A stretch of DNA of 64,000 nt from an uncultured Acidimicrobium sp. (GCA_964343495.1 CAYFJS010000001.1:4475-68474); one strand, 5' to 3'. Positions 1 to 8,793 are shown, counted from the first letter of the stretch. Translations and numbers: made by a program. The notes: generated from the sequence alone by a model not told the origin.

Positions 1-1110
1 GCGTCGATCGCCATGGATCACCGCGTTCTCGACTCCCTCGTCGGCGAGAATCTGGGTTCGCGGCAGGCTGCTCACGCCCACCGCTTGGCGAACGAACTCG
101 GCGACACGCAGTGGTTCGCGAACGAGTCGCACGACACCGGCATCGAAACGCGAGATCTCGAGGAGGTCCTCGACGAGGCTTTGGAATCGAGACACGTCGC
201 TCACGAGCAGGTCGAGTGCCGCCTGCGATCGCTCCGACAGTTCGTCGCGGCGTGCCTGCATGACCTGGGCCGAGGCCGCGAGCGTCATGAGTGGCGAGCG
301 CAGCTCGTGGCTGACGTCAGAGGTGAAGCGAGCGTCTCGTTCGGCTCGTGACTGCAGCGTCGCGACCATTTCATTGAATGCCTCGGTGAGCGCTTGAAGG
401 TCGGGGTCGTCCGTGGGCTCGAGACGCGTATCGAGCCTTCCGTCGGCGATCGCACGTGCGGCTTGAGCGGCATTCGCGAGAGGTCGGACGGCGCGCCGCG
501 AAGCGAACATCCCGAGACCGATTCCGACGATGGTCGTGAATCCGCCCGCGAGGAGCAACGCGAGGCGCACGCTCGAGAGCACATCGTGGACCTCATTCAT
601 CGGGTCGTATTCGAAATACGAGGCGTTGGCGCGAGTGAGCGGGATGCCGATCACGATCGACGCTCGGCCGAACCGTTTGATCGTCATGATCGACGGTTTG
701 CGATCGGTGATGACGCGGGTCTTGAGCTGGGTCGGGACGACCGACTCGACGAAGTTGGTCGACGACGAGATCCAGCGCCCGTCGATGTACAGCAACCTCA
801 GGGCGGTACCTGCCTGCTCCAATGCGCCGATGACGTTTGTGCGGTCGCCGATCAATTCGTTCTGAATGCGTCGAGCATTGATGTAGGCCTGATTGATCTC
901 GGTCAGTTCGCGTTGATTCACGAGGCTGGTACGCGTGAAGCCGAAGGTCGACAACGCGAGGATGATGGAGAGGATCAGTGACCCTGCGCCGAAGATGATG
1001 AGGATTCGGTTGCGCAGGCCGATCCGACGGGGAAGCGCGCGCCGGATGAGTCGGCGTGCACGGGTGAGTCGATACTTCGTCTGGCGCGGCTCGATGAACG
1101 TGCTCGTCAC
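1..1110 (-). CDS. sensor histidine kinase (MtrB-like), C-terminal part cut off by window edge
   Basis: This gene is not in the ORF track because it has no stop inside the window. My translation of the minus strand from GTG (1110-1108) stays open to base 1. It shows VTSTFIEPRQ..., two hydrophobic TM segments, a HAMP-like linker (AIADGRLDTRLEPTDDPDLQALTEAFNEMVATL) and the HisKA H-box FTSDVSHELRSPL. The GTG overlaps the regulator stop (GTGA). Confidence 0.85.
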   Translation of the reverse strand, partial: MTSTFIEPRQTKYRLTRARRLIRRALPRRIGLRNRILIIFGAGSLILSIILALSTFGFTRTSLVNQRELTEINQAYINARRIQNELIGDRTNVIGALEQAGTALRLLYIDGRWISSSTNFVESVVPTQLKTRVITDRKPSIMTIKRFGRASIVIGIPLTRANASYFEYDPMNEVHDVLSSVRLALLLAGGFTTIVGIGLGMFASRRAVRPLANAAQAARAIADGRLDTRLEPTDDPDLQALTEAFNEMVATLQSRAERDARFTSDVSHELRSPLMTLAASAQVMQARRDELSERSQAALDLLVSDVSRFQSLVEDLLEISRFDAGVVRLVREPLRVAEFVRQAVGVSSLPRTQILADEGVENAVIHGDRR

Positions 1111-1787
1111 GACTCGAGGCGATAGCCGAGTCCGCGAACCGTGACCACATGGCGCGGGTTCGCCGGATCGGTCTCGACCTTCATCCGCAAACGACGGATG
1201 TGCACGTCCACGAGGCGACCATCGCCGAAGTAGTCGTATCCCCAGACCTTGTCGAGGAGCGACTCGCGGCTGAAGACCCCACCCGGATCGTTGGCCAACT
1301 CGCACAACAACCGGAACTCGGTCTTGGTGAGCACGACCTCGGCTCCGGCGAGGAGGACCTTGCCTTCCTCGGGAATGATTTCGAGATCACCGAAGACCAT
1401 CTTCGAGTGTCCAGATGCCGCGGGTCGAACTCGGCGCAGCAACGCTCGGATGCGTGCGGCAAGCTCCTTCGGGGCGAACGGTTTGGTGAGGTAGTCGTCG
1501 GCGCCGGCCTCGAGACCTGCAACGACGTCGTGAGTGTCGGCCCGCGCGGTCACCATGACGATCGGAACGTCGCTCGAGCGTCGGATCGTCCTACACAGCT
1601 CGAAGCCGTCGATGCCTGGCAACATGATGTCGATCAGCACCACGTCGGCCGAGTTGTGCGCAAAGAGGGCCACGGCATCTTCGCCGCTCGAGGCCTCGTC
1701 GACGTGCCAACCCTCGTCCTCGAGGGCGAGCTTGACCGACGTGCGGATGCGCTCGTCGTCCTCGACGGTCAGAACCCGGATCCCCAC
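1107..1787 (-). CDS. OmpR/PhoB-family response regulator (MtrA-like)
   Basis: 226-aa track ORF. It has a receiver domain (RVLTVEDDE..., VVLIDIMLPGIDG, TKPF) and a winged-helix output domain (LTKTEFRLLCELA, VWGYDYFGDGRLVDVHIRRLRMKVE, VRGLGYRL). By eye it resembles mycobacterial MtrA. Confidence 0.92.
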   Translation of the reverse strand: MGIRVLTVEDDERIRTSVKLALEDEGWHVDEASSGEDAVALFAHNSADVVLIDIMLPGIDGFELCRTIRRSSDVPIVMVTARADTHDVVAGLEAGADDYLTKPFAPKELAARIRALLRRVRPAASGHSKMVFGDLEIIPEEGKVLLAGAEVVLTKTEFRLLCELANDPGGVFSRESLLDKVWGYDYFGDGRLVDVHIRRLRMKVETDPANPRHVVTVRGLGYRLES

Positions 1788-1791
1788 GACC

Positions 1792-2589
1792 TCAATTGTT
1801 ATCCGTCGGTGCGCTCGCGCGCAGGATCATCGCCGAGAGCGGTTCGAAGACTTCTGGCGTCGCGACGAGGGCTTCGGCGGGGCGCAGGGCCCCGCCTCGA
1901 AAATCGCCGAGCCGGCATCCTGCTTCGCGCGCGATGAGCGCCCCAGCGGCGATGTCCCAGGGGTGAAGGTTCTCCTCGAAGTAGGCGTCCAGGCGACCGC
2001 ATGCGACGTAACACATGTCGATCGAGGCGGCCCCGAATCGGCGAATGTCGCGAACCTCGTGGATCATGCGTGCGACCCTCGCCGATTGGATGGTGCGCTG
2101 GTGTGCCGCGTAGCTGAAGCCAGTGCACACGAGTGCCTGGGAGATCTCCGTCGTCGCACTGCACGAGATCGATTCTCCGTTGAGCCGCGCGCCTTCTCCG
2201 CGAACGGCGGTGAACGTCTCGCCGAGCGGTGGGATGAACACGACGCCGACGAGTGGCCCGGTGCTGTCGGCGACTCCGATCGACACCGCCCAGTTCGGCA
2301 GCGCGTAGGTGAAGTTCGTCGTGCCGTCGATGGGGTCGATGCACCACTCCACGCCAGACGTTCCGTCGAAGGATGCGCCTTCCTCGCCGACGATCGAGTC
2401 CTCGGGTCGCTCGCGTCGGAGTCGCTCGACGATGAGCCGCTCACTAGCCCTGTCGTACTCGGTGACCATGTCCGTCGCCGTCGATTTCGTCCCGACGCTC
2501 GACAGGCCGGACTTGCGGCCCTCGAAGGCGAGCGTTCCAGCTTCGTGGGCGAGCGTGGTCGCAAGACCGAGGAGCTGGTGCGGCGTCAT
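1792..2589 (-). CDS. inositol monophosphatase family protein
   Basis: This is the C-terminal 265 aa of track ORF 1792..2931. IMPase motifs are present: DMVTEYDRASE, WCIDPIDGTTNF and HPWDIAAG. I trimmed the start to ATG 2589-2587 (MTPHQLLGLATTLAHEAG). The upstream 114 aa are Arg-rich and overlap a better ORF in another frame. Confidence 0.88.
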   Translation of the reverse strand: MTPHQLLGLATTLAHEAGTLAFEGRKSGLSSVGTKSTATDMVTEYDRASERLIVERLRRERPEDSIVGEEGASFDGTSGVEWCIDPIDGTTNFTYALPNWAVSIGVADSTGPLVGVVFIPPLGETFTAVRGEGARLNGESISCSATTEISQALVCTGFSYAAHQRTIQSARVARMIHEVRDIRRFGAASIDMCYVACGRLDAYFEENLHPWDIAAGALIAREAGCRLGDFRGGALRPAEALVATPEVFEPLSAMILRASAPTDNN

Positions 2590-2876
2590 CTGTGGGATGC
2601 GTCGCGATCGTTCATCTCGCGCCACTCGCCGACAGCACGCAGCACGAGGACGCTGACGACACTCATCCCCGCCGCACCGATCACTGCACCGACCAAGATG
2701 CCGATTCCGAGCGGAGTTCCACAGTTGCCCGAGCACTGGATGTCGACCATCGAATAGCCGATTGACGCACCGGCGAGCGCGCACACGAGGATCGCGACGA
2801 AGGCGATTGCTCGTGCCAGAGGCGAAGGGATCGCTGACAGCGGACGCTTCTCGGGATCTGCTTCGGACACCCGCAT
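2586..2876 (-). CDS. small membrane protein, unknown function
   Basis: Track ORF 2586..2918 trimmed to MRVSEADPEKRPL. It has two clear hydrophobic helices (AIAFVAILVCALAGASIGY and LGIGILVGAVIGAAGMSVVSVLVL). Its TGA overlaps the IMPase ATG (ATGA). The start codon is uncertain. Confidence 0.55.
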   Translation of the reverse strand: MRVSEADPEKRPLSAIPSPLARAIAFVAILVCALAGASIGYSMVDIQCSGNCGTPLGIGILVGAVIGAAGMSVVSVLVLRAVGEWREMNDRDASHR

Positions 2877-2892
2877 TAGCGTAGTTGGCACC

Positions 2893-4167
2893 GTGAATCT
2901 GAAGACGAGTCGACACAAGACGATCTGTCACGTCGACATGGACATGTTCTACGTCGCCGTCGAATTGCGTCGACGACCAGAACTGCGAGGCAAACCAGTC
3001 GTGGTTGGCGGCGACGGTTCGCGCGGGGTCGTCGCTGCGGCGTCGTACGAGGCGCGACGCTACGGAGTGTTCTCTGCAATGTCATCGGCGATGGCCAAGC
3101 GGCTCTGCCCGCACGCCATCTTCCTTCCCGGCGACATGGATCTCTATCAAGACGTGAGTGGGCAAGTCTTCGACATCTTCCACGACATCACGCCGCTCGT
3201 CGAGGGGCTGTCGCTCGACGAGGCGTTCCTCGACGTGACCGGGTCGATCCGACTGTTCGGCGAACCCGAACACATCGCCGACACGATCCGCTCGCGGGTG
3301 AGCCACGAAGTCGGCCTTCCGTGCAGCATCGGAATCGCGCCGAGCAAGTTCATCGCCAAGCTCGCATCCAAGGCGGCCAAGCCGATCGCCGACCGAGACG
3401 GTGTGCGCGATGGGCTCGGCGTGTTGCGTATCGAGCCGGGGAAGGAGCTCGACTTCATCTTGCCGCTCCCCGTGAAGGCGGTGTGGGGCGTCGGTCCGGC
3501 GACGCTCGACAAATTGCTCGGAGTGGGAATCCACACTGTCGGCGATCTCGCCGCCGTCGATCTCGACGTGTTGGAGGGGATCGTCGGAGTCGCACATGCG
3601 CGGCATCTCCACGACTTGGCTCACGCACGTGACGATCGCGACGTCATCGCCCAGCGGGAGGCGAAGTCGATCGGCAATGAGGAGACGTTCTCGGTCGATC
3701 TGACCTCGCACGCCGACGTACGTGCCCAGGTCGTTCGGCTCGCAGACAACGTCGCACAACGTTGCCGCACCGAGGGGCAACTGCCGCTCACCGTCTCGCT
3801 CAAAGTGAAGTATGCAGACTTCGAAGTCATCACCCGGTCGAAGACGTCACCGTTCGCGGTCACGAGTGCGCAGGCGATGGTTCATCTCCTCGAGGACGCC
3901 ATCTCGGGGGTCGAAGTCGCGCGAGGTGTGCGACTCGTTGGCGTGAGTGCGCGCAACTTTGGCGACTCCACGCCACAGCTGTCCCTCTTCGACGACGCCG
4001 AAGATACCGAGGGCGTGGAATCTGCCTGGGCACCGACAGCGGAGGCGATCGACGAGATTCGCGCCAGATTCGGTCATTCTTCGATCGGGCCGGCGAGCGC
4101 GTTGCGCGGGGGGCGTCGACCAGGATCGTCCCCGTGGGGCCCGAACGCATCCCCAACCGATTCCTGA
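2893..4167 (+). CDS. dinB: DNA polymerase IV (Y-family)
   Basis: 424 aa. The N-terminus has the Y-family motifs HVDMDMFYVAVE, SYEARRYGV and LSLDEAFLDVTG. Confidence 0.92.
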   Translation: MNLKTSRHKTICHVDMDMFYVAVELRRRPELRGKPVVVGGDGSRGVVAAASYEARRYGVFSAMSSAMAKRLCPHAIFLPGDMDLYQDVSGQVFDIFHDITPLVEGLSLDEAFLDVTGSIRLFGEPEHIADTIRSRVSHEVGLPCSIGIAPSKFIAKLASKAAKPIADRDGVRDGLGVLRIEPGKELDFILPLPVKAVWGVGPATLDKLLGVGIHTVGDLAAVDLDVLEGIVGVAHARHLHDLAHARDDRDVIAQREAKSIGNEETFSVDLTSHADVRAQVVRLADNVAQRCRTEGQLPLTVSLKVKYADFEVITRSKTSPFAVTSAQAMVHLLEDAISGVEVARGVRLVGVSARNFGDSTPQLSLFDDAEDTEGVESAWAPTAEAIDEIRARFGHSSIGPASALRGGRRPGSSPWGPNASPTDS

Positions 4168-4217
4168 GCGAACTTCGCGACATGGCGCGTCCCCGTCGTT
4201 CGTGAGAGAATGACTCC

Positions 4218-4574
4218 ATGCCGCTTTCCGAGGACGAACAACGGATCCTGCGCCAGCTCGAGCAGCAGCTCGAGACGGACAAGGAGTTCGCCCAGAACGT
4301 TTCCCAGTCGGGCCTCTACCGACATGCGGTGCGTACGGTGCGCTGGGCGGCGATCGGACTCATCGCGAGCCTTGCGTTCACGATCGCCACGCTGCAAATC
4401 CACTTCGCGCTTGCATTCCTCGGGTTCCTCGGGATGCTCGCGTGTGCCGTCGTCATCGAGGGCAAGCTGCGGGCGATGAGCAAGGCCGGGTACAAGGACG
4501 TGGTGCAGGTCCTGCGAACTGCGTCGCTGAACTCGAAGGCCAAGATGCGCTCGAAGTTCGACCGCAACAACTAG
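4218..4574 (+). CDS. DUF3040-type small membrane protein
   Basis: 118 aa. It has the characteristic MPLSEDEQRILRQLEQQL N-terminus followed by two TM helices. Confidence 0.75.
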   Translation: MPLSEDEQRILRQLEQQLETDKEFAQNVSQSGLYRHAVRTVRWAAIGLIASLAFTIATLQIHFALAFLGFLGMLACAVVIEGKLRAMSKAGYKDVVQVLRTASLNSKAKMRSKFDRNN

Positions 4575-4580
4575 CTGCAC

Positions 4581-5429
4581 GTGTCGTATCTCGCCGTCGA
4601 CATCGGGGGAACAAAGCTCGCCGTCGGCATCGTCGACGAAGATGGCTCGGTCCGCTCGCATGTCACTGCGCCGACGCCGACGACCGACGTGTGGGGAGCC
4701 CTCGAGGAGTTGGTGACGGGGCAGCTTCGCGCGACGGGTGACTCACTCAGCGCGTGCGGCGTCGGCTGCGGCGGTCCAATGTCGCCGCACGGCGAGGACG
4801 TGTCCCCGCTGAACATCCCCGACTGGCGACGGTTCCCGCTTCGCGAGCGGTTGCGTAGCGCGACCGGGCTCGACGTGTTCGTCGCCAACGATGCGCAAGC
4901 GCTCGTGCTCGGCGAGGTGTGGTGCGGTGCGGCCCGCGGTCATCGAGATGTGATCGGGATGGTCGTGTCCACGGGGGTTGGGGGAGGAATCGTGAGCGGT
5001 GGGCGACTGATCGATGGGCGTTCGGGGAACGGCGGTCACATCGGGCACGTCATCGTCGAACCCGATGGTCGTGAATGTGCGTGTGGTGCACGAGGATGTC
5101 TCGAAGCACACGCCTCGGGTCGCTCGATCGAGGCCATCACCGGCGTTCCCGCGGCGCAGGCCACACTCGCCACGAAGCAGCTCGCCGGACGCCAGGTCGG
5201 TCGTGCGCTGGCGAGCGTCGGCGCGCTCATGGACCTCGACTTCGCGGTGATCGGCGGCTCGGTTGCGCTCGGCTTCGGGGAACCGTTCTTTCGAGCGGTC
5301 CAAGACGAACTGGAGAGCTCCGCGAGGATCGAGTTCATCCGTGGATTTCGCGTGAGCCCAGTGGGTCTCGGCGCGAGTGCACCGCTCGTCGGGGCGGCCG
5401 CGGTTGCGAGGTCGGCGACTAGCGTCTAG
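4581..5429 (+). CDS. ROK family sugar kinase
   Basis: 282 aa with a GTG start. It has the ATP-binding N-terminus LAVDIGGTKLAVGIV and the ROK zinc motif GHIGHVIVEPDGRECACGARGCLE. Confidence 0.85.
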   Translation: MSYLAVDIGGTKLAVGIVDEDGSVRSHVTAPTPTTDVWGALEELVTGQLRATGDSLSACGVGCGGPMSPHGEDVSPLNIPDWRRFPLRERLRSATGLDVFVANDAQALVLGEVWCGAARGHRDVIGMVVSTGVGGGIVSGGRLIDGRSGNGGHIGHVIVEPDGRECACGARGCLEAHASGRSIEAITGVPAAQATLATKQLAGRQVGRALASVGALMDLDFAVIGGSVALGFGEPFFRAVQDELESSARIEFIRGFRVSPVGLGASAPLVGAAAVARSATSV

Positions 5430-5432
5430 CCC

Positions 5433-6653
5433 ATGAATCCGTCCTACAGTCACGAAGCCGAGGAGTATCGCCAGAAGGTGCAGGCGTTTCTCGCCGAGAA
5501 ACTTCCGAGCACCTGGAAGGGCATCGGATCACTCGAGGGCGAACAACTCGAAGAATTCGTGACTCAGTGGCGGGCCACTCTTGCGTCGACGGGGTATCTC
5601 GCCCCGGGTTGGCCGGTTGAGTACGGCGGCGGTGGTCTCTCGGCGCTCGAACAGGTCATCGTCGCGGAGGAATTCGCGCGCGCTGGAGTTCCCACCGGTG
5701 GACCGAATGACGTGTTCGGCATCCAGATGCTCGGGAACACCTTGCTGTTGTTCGGCACGGAGGAACAGAAGCGTCACTACCTGCCGCGAATCATCTCGGG
5801 CGAGGACACGTGGTGCCAGGGTTACAGCGAGCCGAACGCGGGGAGCGACCTAAGCAATGTCGGATTGAAGGCGACGTTGGACGGTGACCAGTGGATCTTG
5901 AACGGTCAGAAGATCTGGACGTCTGCCGGTCACCTTGCCGACCACATCTTCACACTCGCACGGACCGATCCCGATGCTCCGAAGCACAAGGGGATCTCGT
6001 TCCTGCTCGTCGACATGCGCCAGCCGGGTATCGAGGTGCGACCCATCAAGATGATCTCCGGTGAGAGCGAGTTCAACGAGGTGTTCTACACCGATGCCGT
6101 CGTGCCGAAGGAAAACGTCGTCGGCGGCATCAACAACGGTTGGGCCGTGGCGATGGGCCTGCTCGGATTCGAGCGCGGCGAGGCTGCTGCGACCGCGCCG
6201 ATCAGGTTCCAAGCCGAACTCGACAGGCTCCTCATCCTGGCCAAGCAGCGCGGCGTGGCATCCGATCCACGAATCCGTCAGCGTCTGGCCTGGTGTCATT
6301 CGAAGGTGCAGGTGATGCGTTTCATCGGAATGCGCACGCTGACGCAGTTCTTGAAGGGGCACCACCCGGGTCCCGACGGCGCGATCTTCAAGCTGTATTG
6401 GAGCGAATACCACAAGATCGTGACCGAACTCGGAATCGACATCCTGGGATTGGATGCACTCGTTCCGTCCGGACGTAAGCCGTCGAGTGCGTTCCAAACC
6501 GACGACGCCGGTGCGCCGAATGACTCGATGAGTTGGGCGATGACGTTCCTCAATGCGCGAGCGGGAACGATCTATGCAGGCTCCTCGCAGATCCAGAAGA
6601 ACATCATCGGCGAAATGGTTCTTGGACTTCCCAAAGAGCCCAAGCCAAACTAG
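5433..6653 (+). CDS. acyl-CoA dehydrogenase family protein
   Basis: 406 aa. ACAD-like segments include WCQGYSEPNAGSDL, GQKIWTSAGHLADH and the C-terminal IYAGSSQIQKNIIGE. Confidence 0.88.
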   Translation: MNPSYSHEAEEYRQKVQAFLAEKLPSTWKGIGSLEGEQLEEFVTQWRATLASTGYLAPGWPVEYGGGGLSALEQVIVAEEFARAGVPTGGPNDVFGIQMLGNTLLLFGTEEQKRHYLPRIISGEDTWCQGYSEPNAGSDLSNVGLKATLDGDQWILNGQKIWTSAGHLADHIFTLARTDPDAPKHKGISFLLVDMRQPGIEVRPIKMISGESEFNEVFYTDAVVPKENVVGGINNGWAVAMGLLGFERGEAAATAPIRFQAELDRLLILAKQRGVASDPRIRQRLAWCHSKVQVMRFIGMRTLTQFLKGHHPGPDGAIFKLYWSEYHKIVTELGIDILGLDALVPSGRKPSSAFQTDDAGAPNDSMSWAMTFLNARAGTIYAGSSQIQKNIIGEMVLGLPKEPKPN

Positions 6654-6658
6654 GAATC

Positions 6659-6943
6659 ATGAAGACCGTGCGACTCGCGACGCGAACGATTGGCGCGATC
6701 GCACTGCGCCCGGACTTGTGGGTCGCTGGGGTGTCGCAGGCTCGCAGGTTGGTGCCGAATCGGTGGTACGCACGGTGGCCGTTCCTTCCGCTTCCCGCCA
6801 AGGAATATCTCGAGTTCAGGGTGCTCACGCAGTACGGCGACACCCAGCGTTCGCCGGAGATTCGCGACGTCATCGACTATCTCGAATGGTCGCGGGACTG
6901 GCACAGTACCGCCGCGCGCCAACGTCGGAAACGACGGGTCTGA
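6659..6943 (+). CDS. hypothetical protein
   Basis: Track ORF 6533..6943 trimmed to ATG 6659 (MKTVRLATRTIG), 5 nt after the ACAD stop. It is Trp/Arg-rich and I recognise no motif. It sits tightly between its neighbours with gaps of 5 and 3 nt. Confidence 0.5.
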   Translation: MKTVRLATRTIGAIALRPDLWVAGVSQARRLVPNRWYARWPFLPLPAKEYLEFRVLTQYGDTQRSPEIRDVIDYLEWSRDWHSTAARQRRKRRV

Positions 6944-6946
6944 ACC

Positions 6947-7444
6947 ATGCGAAGCGCGCTCGTTCTCAATGCAACCTACGAGCCGCTGAGCGTCGTGTCG
7001 GCGCGTCGCGCCGTCTGCCTGGTGTTGGCTGACAAGGCCGAAATCGTCGAGGATGACGGCACCCAGGTGCGTAGTTCAACGTTCGCAATTCCTGGCCCGC
7101 TCGTCATTCGCCTGCGCTACATGGTCAAGGTTCCCTATCACCGTCGCACTGCGCTCTCGCGTCGCGCCGTGTTCGCGCGCGACGACCACCGGTGTCAGTA
7201 CTGCGGTGGCGTCGCCGACTCGATCGATCACGTGATGCCGCGCTCGCGGGGTGGAATGCACGTGTGGGAGAACGTGACGGCGGCATGTCGTCCGTGCAAC
7301 CTGCGCAAGCGTGACCGCACCCCCGAAGAGGCCGGCATGCGACTCGCCTCGCAACCACTCGCACCTCGCGAGCTCGCCTGGATCACCGTGTCCGTCGGCA
7401 GGGTGCCCGAGGTGTGGAAGCAATACCTTGCCGAAGCCTCCTAG
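6947..7444 (+). CDS. HNH endonuclease
   Basis: 165 aa. The HNH/zinc motif is CQYCGG...DHVMPRSRGGMHVWENVTAACRPCNLRK. Confidence 0.88.
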   Translation: MRSALVLNATYEPLSVVSARRAVCLVLADKAEIVEDDGTQVRSSTFAIPGPLVIRLRYMVKVPYHRRTALSRRAVFARDDHRCQYCGGVADSIDHVMPRSRGGMHVWENVTAACRPCNLRKRDRTPEEAGMRLASQPLAPRELAWITVSVGRVPEVWKQYLAEAS

Positions 7445-7502
7445 GTCTCACTGGCGGTTCCACGAAGTAGCGGGATCCGCTGCAGAGCATCACCATCGCA
7501 CG

Positions 7503-8105
7503 TTGCCCAGCGAGCGGGCCGTGTGGGATTTCGAGATCGTCCGACCGGCACTCGTGCTCGGTTCGCGACAGTCGTCAGCGCTCGTCGATGCGCACGCGTG
7601 CGCACAACGCGGTGTCGACGTCGTCACGCGCAGGAGTGGTGGAGGTGTGATGTTGCTCGTGCCAGGGGAGCACCTCTGGCTGGACGTCGTCATCGGCGCC
7701 GAGGATCCGCTGTGGTCGAACGACGTGCAGACGTCGATGGACTGGCTCGGAGACCTGTGGCAACGGGCGCTCGCCGAGTGTGGGGTGAAGGACACCACAG
7801 TCGTCAGGGGAGGTCTCGTCGCCGACGAGCTCGGCCAACTCGTGTGCTTTGCCGGTCGCGGACCGGGTGAGGTGACGGGGCGGACCGGGTCGACGAAGTT
7901 CGTCGGCATCAGTCAGCGCCGCACCCGCGATCAGGCCAGATTTCAGTGCACCGCGTACATGGCGTGGAATGCAGCTGCTCTCGTGGAACTGCTATCCGAG
8001 CCGATCGCCGACGTCGCGCGACTCGAAGAGATGGTTGGTGTCGTGCCCGTCGGTCCCAGGGTGCTTGCCGCCCGCATGTTCGAACTGATCAGCGAACTCG
8101 ACTGA
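7503..8105 (+). CDS. biotin/lipoate A/B protein ligase family protein (LplA-like); start uncertain
   Basis: This is the C-terminal roughly 200 aa of track ORF 7311..8105. Segments typical of the BPL/LplA/LipB fold are ALVLGSRQ, VVTRRSGGGVMLL and KFVGISQRR. The first 64 codons of the track ORF are Pro/Ser/Arg-rich and overlap the HNH gene, so I trimmed the start to TTG 7503. GTG 7521 is an alternative. Confidence 0.55.
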   Translation: MPSERAVWDFEIVRPALVLGSRQSSALVDAHACAQRGVDVVTRRSGGGVMLLVPGEHLWLDVVIGAEDPLWSNDVQTSMDWLGDLWQRALAECGVKDTTVVRGGLVADELGQLVCFAGRGPGEVTGRTGSTKFVGISQRRTRDQARFQCTAYMAWNAAALVELLSEPIADVARLEEMVGVVPVGPRVLAARMFELISELD

Positions 8106-8165
8106 ATCCAGGCCGCCCAGGCCGAACCGCAATTCCGTAGCCGCCGTTCTTGCCGTGCCCCCACG

Positions 8166-8221
8166 GTGGGGAAAAATGGTGAATGGTGCTTGTAAGTGGG
8201 GAAAAGTGGGGATATCGTGGT
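8166..8221 (+). promoter_or_regulatory. phased GTGGG direct-repeat array, candidate MraZ operator in the dcw promoter region
   Basis: The sequence reads GTGGGG(8166) AAAA ATGGTG(8176) A ATGGTG(8183) CTTGTAA GTGGGG(8196) AAAA GTGGGG(8206) ATATC GTGG(8217). TGG cores are spaced 10, 7, 13, 10 and 11 nt. The array lies 92-147 nt upstream of the mraZ GTG start. Confidence 0.6.
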
Positions 8222-8312
8222 CCTCACCAGATCGGGTGCGGAGCCCGCCTGGTGGCAGCAAGTACGGGGAATGCAAGCCCCACAAGGGTTTGCACAGGGC
8301 AACGGAGGCAAT

Positions 8313-8729
8313 GTGTTCGTAGGGGTGCATGAGCGGCAACTCGACCCAAAGGGTCGCATGGCCTTGCCCGCCGCATTCCGTCCTCGTCTCGAGCCGCGGT
8401 GTTACCTCTCGATCGGCCGCGACAAGTGCATCGACATCCTCACTGCTGAGGCCTTCGAGGAGGTCGCCCGCGACACGGTGAACAAGGTTCGCTCCGGCGA
8501 ATTGGATCGCAACCAGCAGCGTGCCCTCGCGAGCAACACCTTCGAGGTGACCGTCGACGCCCAGGGTCGCATCAACATCGACGAAAAATTGCGCGACTAC
8601 GCCGGGCTCACGTTGAGCTCGCGAGTCGTGGTCAGTGGCGCGTTCGATCGCGCCGAGATCTGGGAGCCGACGCGTCACCAGCGCATCAGCGACACCGGAA
8701 TTTCACAGATCGCCGGAACGGGCGAGTAG
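8313..8729 (+). CDS. mraZ: transcriptional regulator MraZ
   Basis: Track ORF 8196..8729 trimmed to the in-frame GTG at 8313, which is preceded by GGAGG at 8304-8308. The N-terminus VFVGVHERQLDPKGRMALPAAFR and the second SpoVT/AbrB-like repeat VTVDAQGRINIDEKLRDYAGL match MraZ. Confidence 0.92.
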   Translation: MFVGVHERQLDPKGRMALPAAFRPRLEPRCYLSIGRDKCIDILTAEAFEEVARDTVNKVRSGELDRNQQRALASNTFEVTVDAQGRINIDEKLRDYAGLTLSSRVVVSGAFDRAEIWEPTRHQRISDTGISQIAGTGE

Positions 8730-8793
8730 GTCGAAAGGGGGATCGCAACGAAGCAACGTGTGCGACCGTGACGCCGACCACGCGACGCGTCGC

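Noticed and set aside
13-1150. Track ORFs 13..351(+), 394..981(+), 530..865(+), 285..596(-) and 593..1150(-).
   Set aside because: A different minus-strand frame encodes a clear histidine kinase (HAMP plus H-box) that is open across the whole interval. The listed ORFs are overlapping-frame noise.
1792-2931. N-terminal over-extensions in the ORF track, for example 1792..2931, 8196..8729, 8820..9914, 14611..16047, 29324..30400, 37443..39716, 41246..42430, 41956..43548, 43380..44279, 44206..46284, 47128..47982, 53554..54531, 57338..58534 and 62418..63704.
   Set aside because: The extended parts overlap the preceding gene and are Arg/Pro/Ser-rich. Conserved N-terminal motifs begin at internal ATG/GTG codons that typically form ATGA/GTGA overlaps with the upstream stop. 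I trimmed the starts accordingly.
6947-7444. The HNH endonuclease as a marker of a mobile element, homing element or defence island.
   Set aside because: There are no flanking direct or inverted repeats. There is no integrase, transposase, methylase or ATPase partner, and no obvious compositional break by eye. The genes on both sides are housekeeping genes packed with gaps of 3-60 nt.
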